From assembly GCA_965601925.1 (NCBI GenBank), contig OZ271854.1, positions 4,192,001 to 4,256,000 on the forward strand: a stretch of 64,000 bases of DNA, read 5' to 3'. The first letter of the stretch is position 1. Every line of letters starts with the position of its first letter. The notes under the pieces were generated by a model. It made no database searches. It had not been told where the DNA came from and saw only the letters and a list, made by a program, of their open reading frames with translations. Shown here one piece after another: positions 37,727 to 46,995 of this stretch. Both the position numbers and the translations under genes were made by a program. This DNA comes from Alkalispirochaeta sp. (GTDB lineage: Bacteria > Spirochaetota > Spirochaetia > DSM-27196 > Alkalispirochaetaceae).

Positions 37727-38964
37727 TACTTGCTGAACTCCAAAACGAGCTCCGTCTCTGACCGAGAAGTCGCCTGTTTCCAACTGGACTTGTTTAGCAT
37801 AATCATAGAATGCTTTTTCGGAAACTTCCATATTTTTATTGGCCGCAACCCTGAAGCTTCGATCATCTCTGAGATGATTAAATCTAATTTGATTTCATGT
37901 TGTTTATAGTGGGAACGCTCGAGCACCATGTACCCGTGCCCCCCGTCTCGGAGCACCCTTGATATCTCACGAACTGATTTTTGAATCTCGACGAAGTAGT
38001 TTCCGAAAAACTTTGCGTAATACGTGCCAGAAGCCTTAGATTGATGACCGCAAATAGTAGCCATCGTGGCACGAGCGGTTTCGGACTGAATTGTTGTCCA
38101 ATCGGCTTTAGGTCGGCCGCTGATCAACACAGAGCCAAGCATTTTCCGTCGAAGCTCTCGCTCTTCATCAATCAGTAATGGGTAAAAAATCGCGATCTCG
38201 GGTGATGTCATCCTGACGTAATCGATCCTGGTGCAATAGGGAGGTGAAGTGATAACAAGGTCTATTGAGAAATCATCCAGGGGGACGTTGTTCGAGTTTG
38301 CCGTCAGTATGACCGGTTCGACAAAGCGTTCACTTCTTCGAGAGTCATCGAGAATGATGTCCATGAATGGCATCTCAGTAAGTCCAGTGAAAAAAGTGTC
38401 ACTGCTAAGCTGCATCCGAGGAGATATCTCTTTTAGTGGTATCCATGTGGGATTCTTAGATACTTTACGTCTCAAAGAGGCTCTAATGAACTGTGCCACT
38501 AAGAGACCGATTGCTAAAGCGTACTCCGTCAACCTTGATTCAGCGAGGCCTAAAAAGATCCTTATTGCGGCAACTGACTCTGGTTCAAACCAGAAAAGAA
38601 GGGGATCTCCCTCTTTGATATCCGACTTAAAAAAGTCTACTTCATCGATCAACTTCTTTAGATGCTTTTCAGTGATACCCGAGCACGTCTCCGCCTGTAA
38701 TCGCGCTTGAGCGACTACACACATAACTGGGTTTAGGTCAATTCCTATAGACTTTATGCCTCTTCGCGCTGATATCAGCGTGGTGGTACCACTTCCGTTC
38801 CATGGGTCCAAGACCGTTCGAGCTTCATCACAATGAGATTCTAAGACTGACTCTACGAACTCCTCGGAGAAACCCGCGTAGTATCGATAGCTCTGTCCCT
38901 TGTTACTGACCAGGATGATGGGTGATGCCGGTTCTCGATTAAATCCGCGGACGATATCAAACAC
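37726..38964 (-). CDS. DNA amino-methyltransferase, probably m4C, alpha-type motif order
   Basis: YRYYAGFS, motif I VLDPWNGSGTT, GIDLNP, motif IV ITSPPY, EISRVL; start uncertain (GTG 38964 or TTG 39048). Confidence 0.88.
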   Translation of the reverse strand: MFDIVRGFNREPASPIILVSNKGQSYRYYAGFSEEFVESVLESHCDEARTVLDPWNGSGTTTLISARRGIKSIGIDLNPVMCVVAQARLQAETCSGITEKHLKKLIDEVDFFKSDIKEGDPLLFWFEPESVAAIRIFLGLAESRLTEYALAIGLLVAQFIRASLRRKVSKNPTWIPLKEISPRMQLSSDTFFTGLTEMPFMDIILDDSRRSERFVEPVILTANSNNVPLDDFSIDLVITSPPYCTRIDYVRMTSPEIAIFYPLLIDEERELRRKMLGSVLISGRPKADWTTIQSETARATMATICGHQSKASGTYYAKFFGNYFVEIQKSVREISRVLRDGGHGYMVLERSHYKQHEIKLDLIISEMIEASGLRPIKIWKFPKKHSMIMLNKSSWKQATSRSETELVLEFSK

Positions 38965-39271
38965 TATGAGACGATACTCGACGAGTACACTTTTGTCATG
39001 TCTCCGGTTTAGCAGAAGCGGTTTGGAGTAATCATGATCCTGCCGCAAAAACAGCCGGCGTCATCGGCCTGAACATACTCGCTATTCGAAATCCCGACGA
39101 CATGATTCATAGGCCGCAACCTTGGCCGGGCATATCTGGTTAGGCCGGTGGAAGAGTGAGGGGCCCCCTTTTGCCTGACCACCGCGTCGTGTACCTACTG
39201 GGCGCCGGCGCGAGGCCGTGGTGTCGTCTGCGTGGTTTGCGGGCGAAAAACCCGTAGTGTGGTGTCAAACG

Positions 39272-39484
39272 CTATTGACGCTCGTTATCAACGGAAAACG
39301 GATCCTCAACCTTTTGCAGCTCATCGAGATGGAAGAGTTCGTCTTTGACTTCGTTATCTACGAACCAGTGACATTCCGCACCAGGATCGAATTTCATATA
39401 TTTCCCTATGCCCATTATGGTCATCTTCGGACCGCCGCTCTTGAGAACGACAACATCGCCTACTTTTAGATCTGCCATAGTCAA
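39272..39484 (-). CDS. YodC/DUF2158 family small protein
   Basis: LKVGDVVVLKSGGPKMTI..C.WF..F....L; ATGA overlap with the upstream gene. Confidence 0.85.
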   Translation of the reverse strand: MTMADLKVGDVVVLKSGGPKMTIMGIGKYMKFDPGAECHWFVDNEVKDELFHLDELQKVEDPFSVDNERQ

Positions 39485-40104
39485 AACTCCTTAAAAAAAC
39501 CTTTTACTTCGCGATTCATGACGAGGCCGGCAACGACAAGGGCGGATACAAGCGACCGATATCGCACAGAGTAAAACGAGAACACTCGTGACTGTGGATC
39601 AATACCATACAGCTCCAACTGAAACTTACTCATCTGTTTGATCAGAGATACTACCTCAACGAATCCAGGGTACGCCTCTATTGCTGCGCTCGACACGCTC
39701 TTGATATGCCGGTCAATGTACTCGCGTTTGGACTCTACTTGGTGTCCTAACGCTTCCAGTACGTACACAAGGTCTCTAATGCGTTCCGCTCGCTGTGTTT
39801 CTTGTTTTCTGACCTGTTCCGTTTTTTGGTAGTGCCGTATCTCTTGTCTCTGTAACCACAACGCGGCTATGAGCGCCACAAGTGTAAGAAAGGCAAACAG
39901 AGTCCCAACGGTGCCGCCGACGTAGGCCCCGAAGTTCCCCCAATCATTCTGATCTACAGAAAGACCGCTGCGGAAAATCGAAAAATAGATCCATAACGGC
40001 ATCAATATGATGCCGAGAATACCAACGGCAATGAGAGGAACGACAATGGTTTTGCGTATCGTCGTCTTTGCATTGACATTAGACTCGATCAGATGTCCTT
40101 TCAC
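39481..40104 (-). CDS. Two-TM membrane protein with a putative Abi-like N-terminal hairpin
   Basis: DWGNFGAYVGGTVGTLFAFLTLVALIAALWLQRQEI followed by a coiled coil. Confidence 0.65.
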   Translation of the reverse strand: MKGHLIESNVNAKTTIRKTIVVPLIAVGILGIILMPLWIYFSIFRSGLSVDQNDWGNFGAYVGGTVGTLFAFLTLVALIAALWLQRQEIRHYQKTEQVRKQETQRAERIRDLVYVLEALGHQVESKREYIDRHIKSVSSAAIEAYPGFVEVVSLIKQMSKFQLELYGIDPQSRVFSFYSVRYRSLVSALVVAGLVMNREVKGFFKEF

Positions 40105-40259
40105 TTCGATGCCTCACAGAGATTATCCACACGCGGCAACTGTTGAATCAACCACCTTCACGCCAACACGCTCCTCATCCCGCCGGAGATGTACGGGCGG
40201 GGTGAGGAAGCGCGGGTTATCCACGATCTGAATCGACGCGATTTGAGATTCTGAGACTG

Positions 40260-41276
40260 TTATTGATTCGGGACGGTGGTGGACGTGCCTGTCGGCCTAC
40301 CCATCCTTACACCTCGGTAGGCTGGCGCAGTGTCTAATCCTTGGCTATGGCGCTCGTTTCTCTCAGCCTCTTCCTGGGCTTTTCCGGCTGCTTCATATAG
40401 TTTTTCCTTAATGTAAAGATCCATATTTCGATTTAACGCGTTGTCTACTCCTCCGGAACCGAACTGGCTTCCTGTCATCTGTACCACAGCCTGCGCGGTA
40501 GCAAACTGCCCGACAAGACTCCTTGCCCGGGCGCCAGCTAATAGCATCACCTGTTCCTCCTCTGGAACACTAAACAACGGCACAACCGCCCCGGAGCTTG
40601 TCCGAACGAGGTCTCTGCTCCCGAGCGCGGCGGCTTCGAATCGTTCTTGTTGCGCCGCTGATACACGGTTAAACTCTGCGATTTCTTCGCGGCCAACGTA
40701 CTGCTGTCCCTGAATCATCGTACAGCTGCTGGCTTCCAAGATATGTGGATCCGTATGACGAGGATCACAGTCTGCTCGGTATGATTCGTTTTCAACACAC
40801 CCTTCTCCACCGTTTTGGCAGTCAACCCCTGAAATCAGAAGACGTAAATACGGCTCGTCTATCTGATCGACGGTGTGATCATTGGCTAAGGGCCGCCAGT
40901 CGAAACCTTCGGGGTTTTCTCGAGCACGATCAATCTGATCAAACATTGCTCGCATTGATGTATCGATGTCTTGCGCACCTATGTCGCCAATATCTCTGCG
41001 TACCAAGATGACACTATAGATCTCGTAGTCTCCTAAGTCGACGGAATGCTCGGCATCTAAGAGCGTCTTCATGAACTCGCTGTACTCATCGCGTGTGAAC
41101 AAATCGGCCACCGCCTCGTAATGTTCGGAAGAAGCGAAGTCGAAAGCTGTCTCGTCGTTATCAGTGGATCTGAATGGCTCGGAACCTCGTGCTGACGCAC
41201 AAGAGAACAGGATTCCGAGGCATCCGATACAAACAAGGGCCGTGATGGATCGAGTGATATGAACTACAGTCTTCAT
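40260..41276 (-). CDS. Hypothetical lipoprotein
   Basis: RBS AGGAGG, MKT...ILFSC spirochaetal lipobox, long open frame. Confidence 0.7.
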   Translation of the reverse strand: MKTVVHITRSITALVCIGCLGILFSCASARGSEPFRSTDNDETAFDFASSEHYEAVADLFTRDEYSEFMKTLLDAEHSVDLGDYEIYSVILVRRDIGDIGAQDIDTSMRAMFDQIDRARENPEGFDWRPLANDHTVDQIDEPYLRLLISGVDCQNGGEGCVENESYRADCDPRHTDPHILEASSCTMIQGQQYVGREEIAEFNRVSAAQQERFEAAALGSRDLVRTSSGAVVPLFSVPEEEQVMLLAGARARSLVGQFATAQAVVQMTGSQFGSGGVDNALNRNMDLYIKEKLYEAAGKAQEEAERNERHSQGLDTAPAYRGVRMGRPTGTSTTVPNQ

Positions 41277-41356
41277 GAGCATTCCTCCTGATTCAGATTG
41301 TACTACCGGTACCGTGAGAAACGAAAGCAAAGTGAGGCGCGTGATATGGTTTATCC

Positions 41357-41599
41357 ATGCCTAATCAAGCGCCTTACCTACCCCGCCCGTTACACGTGCA
41401 GGAGGCCACAACGGAATGGACATGGAACGACGGAGAGCTTGAGCAGAAGCCCGACGTACTGCTCGTAGCCGCAGAGTTCACGGAGCTGTGCGCGCACTAC
41501 GAGGCGTTGGACCGAATAAGCGATGCGGTGCGGTTAGCAATGGAGTGGTGGGATGGGTGGCAGCAGAATAGCAACAGCTTTTCCCACTTATCCCCGTGA
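41357..41599 (+). CDS. Possible small hypothetical protein or gene remnant
   Basis: 80-aa ORF only; no clear RBS; overlaps the arm-type repeat. Confidence 0.25.
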   Translation: MPNQAPYLPRPLHVQEATTEWTWNDGELEQKPDVLLVAAEFTELCAHYEALDRISDAVRLAMEWWDGWQQNSNSFSHLSP

Positions 41600-41686
41600 A
41601 GCAAAGTTGCTCACTATGATTGATCATCATCGTAACTCCTTATATATTCTAGAAATTAGTGAAACGGCATAAGCCATAGTGATGCC

Positions 41687-41699
41687 CCGAATGGGCCCA
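41687..41699 (+). repeat. attR core, direct repeat CCGAATGGGCCCA
   Basis: Duplicate of the tRNA 3' end. Confidence 0.85.
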
Positions 41700-41738
41700 A
41701 AAAAGAGGATCGGCACATTCGTACCGATCCTCTTTTTT
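41699..41738 (+). terminator. Bidirectional intrinsic terminator, probably the original tRNA terminator
   Basis: A6-GAGGATCGG-CACATTCGTA-CCGATCCTC-T6 immediately after attR. Confidence 0.85.
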
Positions 41739-42095
41739 GTGGCTGGAACCGTTCGGACTTGAAACGGAATGTGCGCCGAGCGATAGCGAGGAAAAGCGGA
41801 CACGACGTCCGCGGCAGCACACGGAGGCGGACCGGAGCGAGCCCTCGTGCGGAGGGTGACCGAGTCCTACGACGTATCACATCGACACTCCGCCGTTGCC
41901 GCTTAAAGGACCGTTCGGATCTCGTCTCTCAAAACGTGCGGCCGACATGCAACTATTTATATAAAGTATGTCTCATCACCTATTACTCCTTTACTGTCTT
42001 TCAAAGTTCTTTCAGCCGCATGTAATTACAAACAACGCCTGTTTTTCTCGTAATTCCTCCTGGACGGTCGGACGCACACTCGTTATTGTTTCGGC

Positions 42096-44222
42096 ATGAC
42101 CATACAGCGCGCGAGTCTCACGATTGCAGTAGGTCTATCGACGCTGTTCGTAGCGATCGTCGGTATTGAACTTATTCGTGTTGTCCGAGATCTCGGGAAC
42201 ACCCGCCAGATGGTGTCGACCGTGGCGGCGTCGAGCACGGTAAGCACGGCAACGATAGAGTTGTCGCTCGAGCGCTCGGTGATGCAAGTCGCACTGAATC
42301 TCGATCAACCGATCGCCCCGCAGTTCCGCTCACTCATCGACGAACAGCGCCGCCTCTCGGACGAGGCGTTTGTCGAGTCGGCCTCGATCGTTGCGGACGA
42401 TCGTCGCTTGAGTCGCGGTGAGGAGTTTATCTCGCGCCTCGCGGGATTGCGTTCGGAAATCGAGACGTTGCGCGCAATCGCGGACGAGGAGCTCACTCTC
42501 CCCCTCTCGGAACGCGACGCCGAACTCGTCGAGTCTCTGCCGCTCACCATGAAGGCCACGATCGAAGAGTTTGCGAATCTCACCGTGAAGCTTCGCGAAC
42601 GCGATGTCGAACTCCCCGGTATCGTTACGATACTGGAAGAGATCCAGCGGCGCGCCTGGGAAATTCGTGAGTACGGCGGGCGAGAGCGAACATACCTTGC
42701 CATTGCCGCAGCCGACGGTCGCCCCATATCGGATCATCGCCGCGGAGCCATGGTGGAGCTGCACGCGCGCGCGCGGTTTGCGATGGACATGGCGCTTATA
42801 CTGTCCGACAACGTGCCCGCCGACGACGAAATCCGCACGCAAATTACCGATGTATACGATACCTACTTCGAGCAATACGGCCAGATCCGCGCCGGAATGT
42901 TCCGGGCCTCCGACGCCGGCGAGCCGTACCCACTCGACTTCGACGACTTCTTTCGCGTGTCCACCGACGCGCTCCAGACCGCCGTTACACTCTCGGTGGC
43001 GTCGGGCGAGCGCACGTTGACGATTCTCAACCGGCGACAGGTACGCGCTTCGGTCTTATTGGCGATCTATGCGATCTTGCTGCTCGTGTCGGTATCGCTC
43101 TGCGCCGGCCAGATCCGCTACACCACTCGCAAAATATCAAATCGCCTGACCGGTCTCGCCGGCCAAATGGAGGTGCTTGCCTCGGGCGACACCTCGATCG
43201 ACCCCTCCCAGTATCGAGCACACGACGAGATCGGGCGGATGGCGGAGGCACTGGTCACCTTTCGGCACAATGCGGTGGAGAAGCGCAACTTGGAAGCGCA
43301 ACAGCGCGAGGACGCCGAAGAGGCGATCCGTCAACGAGAGGAGACGGTCAAACGACTCGCCGAGCGTATCGAACGGCAGACGCGTTCGTCGATCGAAGCG
43401 GTCGCCGCGAAGTCCGACCAATTGAACGACGCCGCGCGGGCGATGCGCGATCGCCTTGCTTCGATGGTCGAAAGCTCCTCCACGGTAGCGCACGTCGCCG
43501 CAACGACTCGAGAATCTTCCGACAAGGCGCGCGCATCGGTCGACGATTTCAACCGCGCGCTCGAACGTATCAACGGCGAACTCGGACACTCGAAGGAGGC
43601 GATCGACGGAGCGAGCGAGACGGTCACGCAGGCCGGACGCGCCGTCTCCGAGTTGAGCACACGTGCGGAGTCGGTGGCGGAAGTGGTACGTTCCATCGAA
43701 ACGGTCGCCGAGAAGACGCATCTCCTATCGTTGAACGCCGCAATAGAGGCGGCCCGCGCGGGTCATTCAGGTCGAGGGTTTGCGGTCGTCGCCGGCGAAG
43801 TAAAAAACCTGGCCGCCTCGACGGGTCAGTTTACACAGCGAATCTTCGGACAAATCGACGATATGCGCGAGGCAAACGAGCACGTCGTGCGCATGATGCA
43901 GGAGATAGCCGAAGGTATGCAGCGCGTCGACAGCCGCTCTCAGGAGATATTCAGTACCATCGAGGCGCAAAGCGCCGGTACGGCGGCGATCAATCAAGTT
44001 CTCGTGGAGAACCTTAAGCAAGCCGGCCTGTCGGCGGAGCGCGTTCATGAGCTCGCCGACGCCGCCGAAGAGCTGCGATCCCTCGCCGGCGGCTTGGAGG
44101 AACTCGCCTCCGACTTGGACGTCCAGGTCTCCCAGATCCGGGGCACGATCAACGGACTGACCGACGGCTCGGGCGATGAGGCGGCGAAGGCCGAGTTCGC
44201 GGAGTTAGTGGGTACCGGCTGA
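42096..44222 (+). CDS. Methyl-accepting chemotaxis protein, possible NIT-like sensor
   Basis: Two TM segments, ELSLERS / REYGGRER in the periplasmic part, HAMP ([11 protein letters not shown]), [28 protein letters not shown]. Confidence 0.9.
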   Translation: MTIQRASLTIAVGLSTLFVAIVGIELIRVVRDLGNTRQMVSTVAASSTVSTATIELSLERSVMQVALNLDQPIAPQFRSLIDEQRRLSDEAFVESASIVADDRRLSRGEEFISRLAGLRSEIETLRAIADEELTLPLSERDAELVESLPLTMKATIEEFANLTVKLRERDVELPGIVTILEEIQRRAWEIREYGGRERTYLAIAAADGRPISDHRRGAMVELHARARFAMDMALILSDNVPADDEIRTQITDVYDTYFEQYGQIRAGMFRASDAGEPYPLDFDDFFRVSTDALQTAVTLSVASGERTLTILNRRQVRASVLLAIYAILLLVSVSLCAGQIRYTTRKISNRLTGLAGQMEVLASGDTSIDPSQYRAHDEIGRMAEALVTFRHNAVEKRNLEAQQREDAEEAIRQREETVKRLAERIERQTRSSIEAVAAKSDQLNDAARAMRDRLASMVESSSTVAHVAATTRESSDKARASVDDFNRALERINGELGHSKEAIDGASETVTQAGRAVSELSTRAESVAEVVRSIETVAEKTHLLSLNAAIEAARAGHSGRGFAVVAGEVKNLAASTGQFTQRIFGQIDDMREANEHVVRMMQEIAEGMQRVDSRSQEIFSTIEAQSAGTAAINQVLVENLKQAGLSAERVHELADAAEELRSLAGGLEELASDLDVQVSQIRGTINGLTDGSGDEAAKAEFAELVGTG

Positions 44223-44344
44223 GGACAACAAACCGTTTCACTCCGCGGTGAAAGCCGACGCTCCCCGCCCCGCGGAAGACGCCGGCCGATATCGCCACCG
44301 GCGCACCGTTTTTTCGCCGTCGACCGACCGGGACGTGAGGTCGG

Positions 44345-46849
44345 CTACGTTTCACCGGGCACGGCGCTCTCGGTAGCATTCGTCTTAAAGACTCCGATCT
44401 GTGAGCCGATCGCTTCCAGATACTCTCTGTTCTGCCGGCCTAAGCTCGATAGACTCCGGCTGGATGCGCTGATCTCTTTCACTCCCGTCTCAATCTCGGC
44501 AATACGCCCCGTCACTCCCGAGGAGACGTCGCGAACGACGGTAATGGTTTCGGTGATATCTCCCATTTTTTCATCCATATGCGCACTCCCCGAGGTTACC
44601 GCGGCCGACACGTCGGTCAACGCCGAGACGGCCTCCAAGATCTGGTCGCTTCCCACCGACAGCTCTCCCAACGTCGCGTCGATTTCGGAGAACGCTTGAG
44701 CGAACCCCTCAATATCGCGGAGAATACCGCGAAGGGATTCCCCCGTTTCGTTCGCCGAGGCCATGGCCTGATCGATCGTCTTTACGACCGAGGAGATGTT
44801 GTTGCTTATGATCTCCGAGTTGTCGCTCGACCGTTCCGACAGTTTTCGGATCTCCTCCGCCACGACGCCGAAGCCGCGTCCCGCGTCACCGGCGTGGGCC
44901 GCCTCTATCGCCGCATTCATGGAAAGCAGGCTCGTTTGACTCGCAATATCGTTGATAACCGTGATCGCCTCGATAATGGTATCCGCCGCCTGTTGCACAT
45001 TTGTAATCAACTCGACCGTCACCTCCAGCTTCTCACTACCGCTGCGGGTGCGCTGGGTCAACTCGTCGCTTTCCCGTGTTTTGTTGCGGACGACGCCGCC
45101 CACGGATTGAATGGAAGCAACCATCTCTTCGACCGCCGACGAGGAGGCCGAAACGGCGTGTTGCTGTCGATCGATATCCGACACGACGTTTCGTATGAGA
45201 CCCTTGATCGCTTCCACGGAGTCGAACGTTCCTCGGATGCTCCGATCCAAATCGCCGATCTGCGTCGATATCGCGGTAAGTCCGGCCGAGATCTCCGTCA
45301 CGGCTGCCGAGCTCTCTTCGGAGTGAGTGGAGAGGCTCTGGGATATTCCGTCCGCCTCATGGATCGACGTCTTGATCGTTCGCACAATCCCGTGAAGCGA
45401 CCCGACGAAACGGTTGAAGTGGCTCGACAGCACTCCGATTTCATCCCCGTTCCGCGTAGCAATGGATACGGTAAGGTCGCCCTCGCCTTCGGCGATGTCC
45501 TGGAGCACTTCCGTCGTTCGATTGAGCGGTACGGTAATGCTCACACCGATAACCCCGATTAACAGAATGAGCGCGACCACTACCGCCGCGGATATGATAA
45601 CGGTCAGTCTACGAATCGCCGCGGCGGAGCCGAAAGCTTCCTCGGCGTCTATTTCGGCCAAGAGCGTCCAGTGAACACCCGGGATATCCAGCGGCCGATA
45701 GGCCGATAACACATCGATGCCGCGATAGTCGACGATGAGCGCTTCGCCGGTCCGGCCCGCGAGGGCGTGTTCCACCGACTCGGTGCGAATCGGCATGTGG
45801 AGAATGGTCGTCCCGTATGTTCTGATTTCGTCTCCCAGGCCGTCGGTAGCCTCGATACCGTCGAGCAGGGCCGTAAACGCGTCTCGATCCTCGACAAAGA
45901 AGCGCGAATCGGTACGCATGAGATAGTCGTCTCCGACGATATAACTCTCACCGGTCTCACCGAACCCCTCGCTCCGCCAATTACCGCCGGAGGTCATTAC
46001 GTCATTGATCCGTTCTACCGGCATTTGAAAGATCAGGACACCGAGGAGGCGCTCGCCCTCGTAGATCGGAGTCGCAATGAACGACGCCGGAGCCGCGTAC
46101 GACGGTAGGTAGGCGGAAAAATCGGCGAGGTAACTCTCTCCCGTCCGGCCGTCGAGCGCCGCGCGAAACGCTCGAGCGATGCCCGAATCGCGATAGGGAC
46201 CGGAGAGGAGACTCGTTGCGTAATCCGCCTCTTTGAAGACCGAATAGACGATGATCCCCTCGTTCGGCTCGACCAGAAAGATGTCGTAGTATCCGAACCG
46301 TTGCAAATAAGAGCGGAGAATCGGATGATAGCGGCGGTGCATCTCATCGTACGCGTCTACACCGGCGGAGACGAGCTCGTCTTTCGAACCGATCGGGTGA
46401 GGGTTGTCCGCGATGTAGCGCTGTTGAAGCACCAATGACGCGTCGTTGCGCGCGAGGTACTCCTCCGCATCATCCGTCGCCGGACGCTCGGCCTCGGAGA
46501 CGCGGGGAAAGAACTGCTGCGTTACATAGGTCGTCATCGCATCGCGAGCATTCGCGCTCGCCGCTTCACTACGCGGGGCTAAGGTAAGCCGCTCGTACTC
46601 ATCGGAGAACGCACCCATCGCCTCTATCACCATCAGGCTCTCCGAAAGTGTGACGACCTGCTGCGAAATCGTTCGGAAGTATTGCTCAATCTGCCTCGTT
46701 TTGACGTCTCGAATGGCGGTAAGCTTCTCGAAGCTCGACCGGCGAAGAGCCGTCTCGGCGATCCTGGCGGTGGTGAGGGCCACTGCCGAAAGCCCAATCG
46801 ATACGAAGACAATGATAAGCATCAAACGGCCGCGAATTGAAATTGTCAT
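44345..46849 (-). CDS. Methyl-accepting chemotaxis protein with dCache-type sensor
   Basis: FGYYDIFLV..G.IVYSVFKE.D, DF..Y.PS..PA.F, GETGESYIVG.D, HAMP, TSLLSMNAAIEAAHAGDAGRGF; start ATG 46849. Confidence 0.92.
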   Translation of the reverse strand: MTISIRGRLMLIIVFVSIGLSAVALTTARIAETALRRSSFEKLTAIRDVKTRQIEQYFRTISQQVVTLSESLMVIEAMGAFSDEYERLTLAPRSEAASANARDAMTTYVTQQFFPRVSEAERPATDDAEEYLARNDASLVLQQRYIADNPHPIGSKDELVSAGVDAYDEMHRRYHPILRSYLQRFGYYDIFLVEPNEGIIVYSVFKEADYATSLLSGPYRDSGIARAFRAALDGRTGESYLADFSAYLPSYAAPASFIATPIYEGERLLGVLIFQMPVERINDVMTSGGNWRSEGFGETGESYIVGDDYLMRTDSRFFVEDRDAFTALLDGIEATDGLGDEIRTYGTTILHMPIRTESVEHALAGRTGEALIVDYRGIDVLSAYRPLDIPGVHWTLLAEIDAEEAFGSAAAIRRLTVIISAAVVVALILLIGVIGVSITVPLNRTTEVLQDIAEGEGDLTVSIATRNGDEIGVLSSHFNRFVGSLHGIVRTIKTSIHEADGISQSLSTHSEESSAAVTEISAGLTAISTQIGDLDRSIRGTFDSVEAIKGLIRNVVSDIDRQQHAVSASSSAVEEMVASIQSVGGVVRNKTRESDELTQRTRSGSEKLEVTVELITNVQQAADTIIEAITVINDIASQTSLLSMNAAIEAAHAGDAGRGFGVVAEEIRKLSERSSDNSEIISNNISSVVKTIDQAMASANETGESLRGILRDIEGFAQAFSEIDATLGELSVGSDQILEAVSALTDVSAAVTSGSAHMDEKMGDITETITVVRDVSSGVTGRIAEIETGVKEISASSRSLSSLGRQNREYLEAIGSQIGVFKTNATESAVPGET

Positions 46850-46995
46850 ACACGTTTCCCTCATCCCATTGTAATAGCATTTCGGCGACATTATCGCGCC
46901 GTCTCGCGGCATTCGCCGAACCGCTGCCGTCTGACCGGCCGACAATCGCGTCTCGGTCTTGGCCGACCCGCGTTGCGTGCGCTACTATCCGCATC

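Larger units (their letters stand above)
33787..41699. mobile_element. tRNA-Ile-anchored genomic island (degenerate integrative element, ~7.9 kb)
   Basis: Flanking 13-bp tRNA-end repeats, integrase fragment next to the tRNA, arm-type repeats at both ends, AT-richer cargo, displaced tRNA terminator after attR. Confidence 0.85.

Noticed and set aside
39113..39145. Integron attC-like ends (GCCTAAC ... GTTGCGGC on the minus strand)
   Set aside because: Only ~33 bp, too short for an attC; no L boxes, no array and no integron integrase.
40123..40225. DnaA-box-like motifs TTATCCACA and TTATCCACG
   Set aside because: Only one perfect box; no DUE, dnaA or rep gene nearby, so insufficient for an origin.
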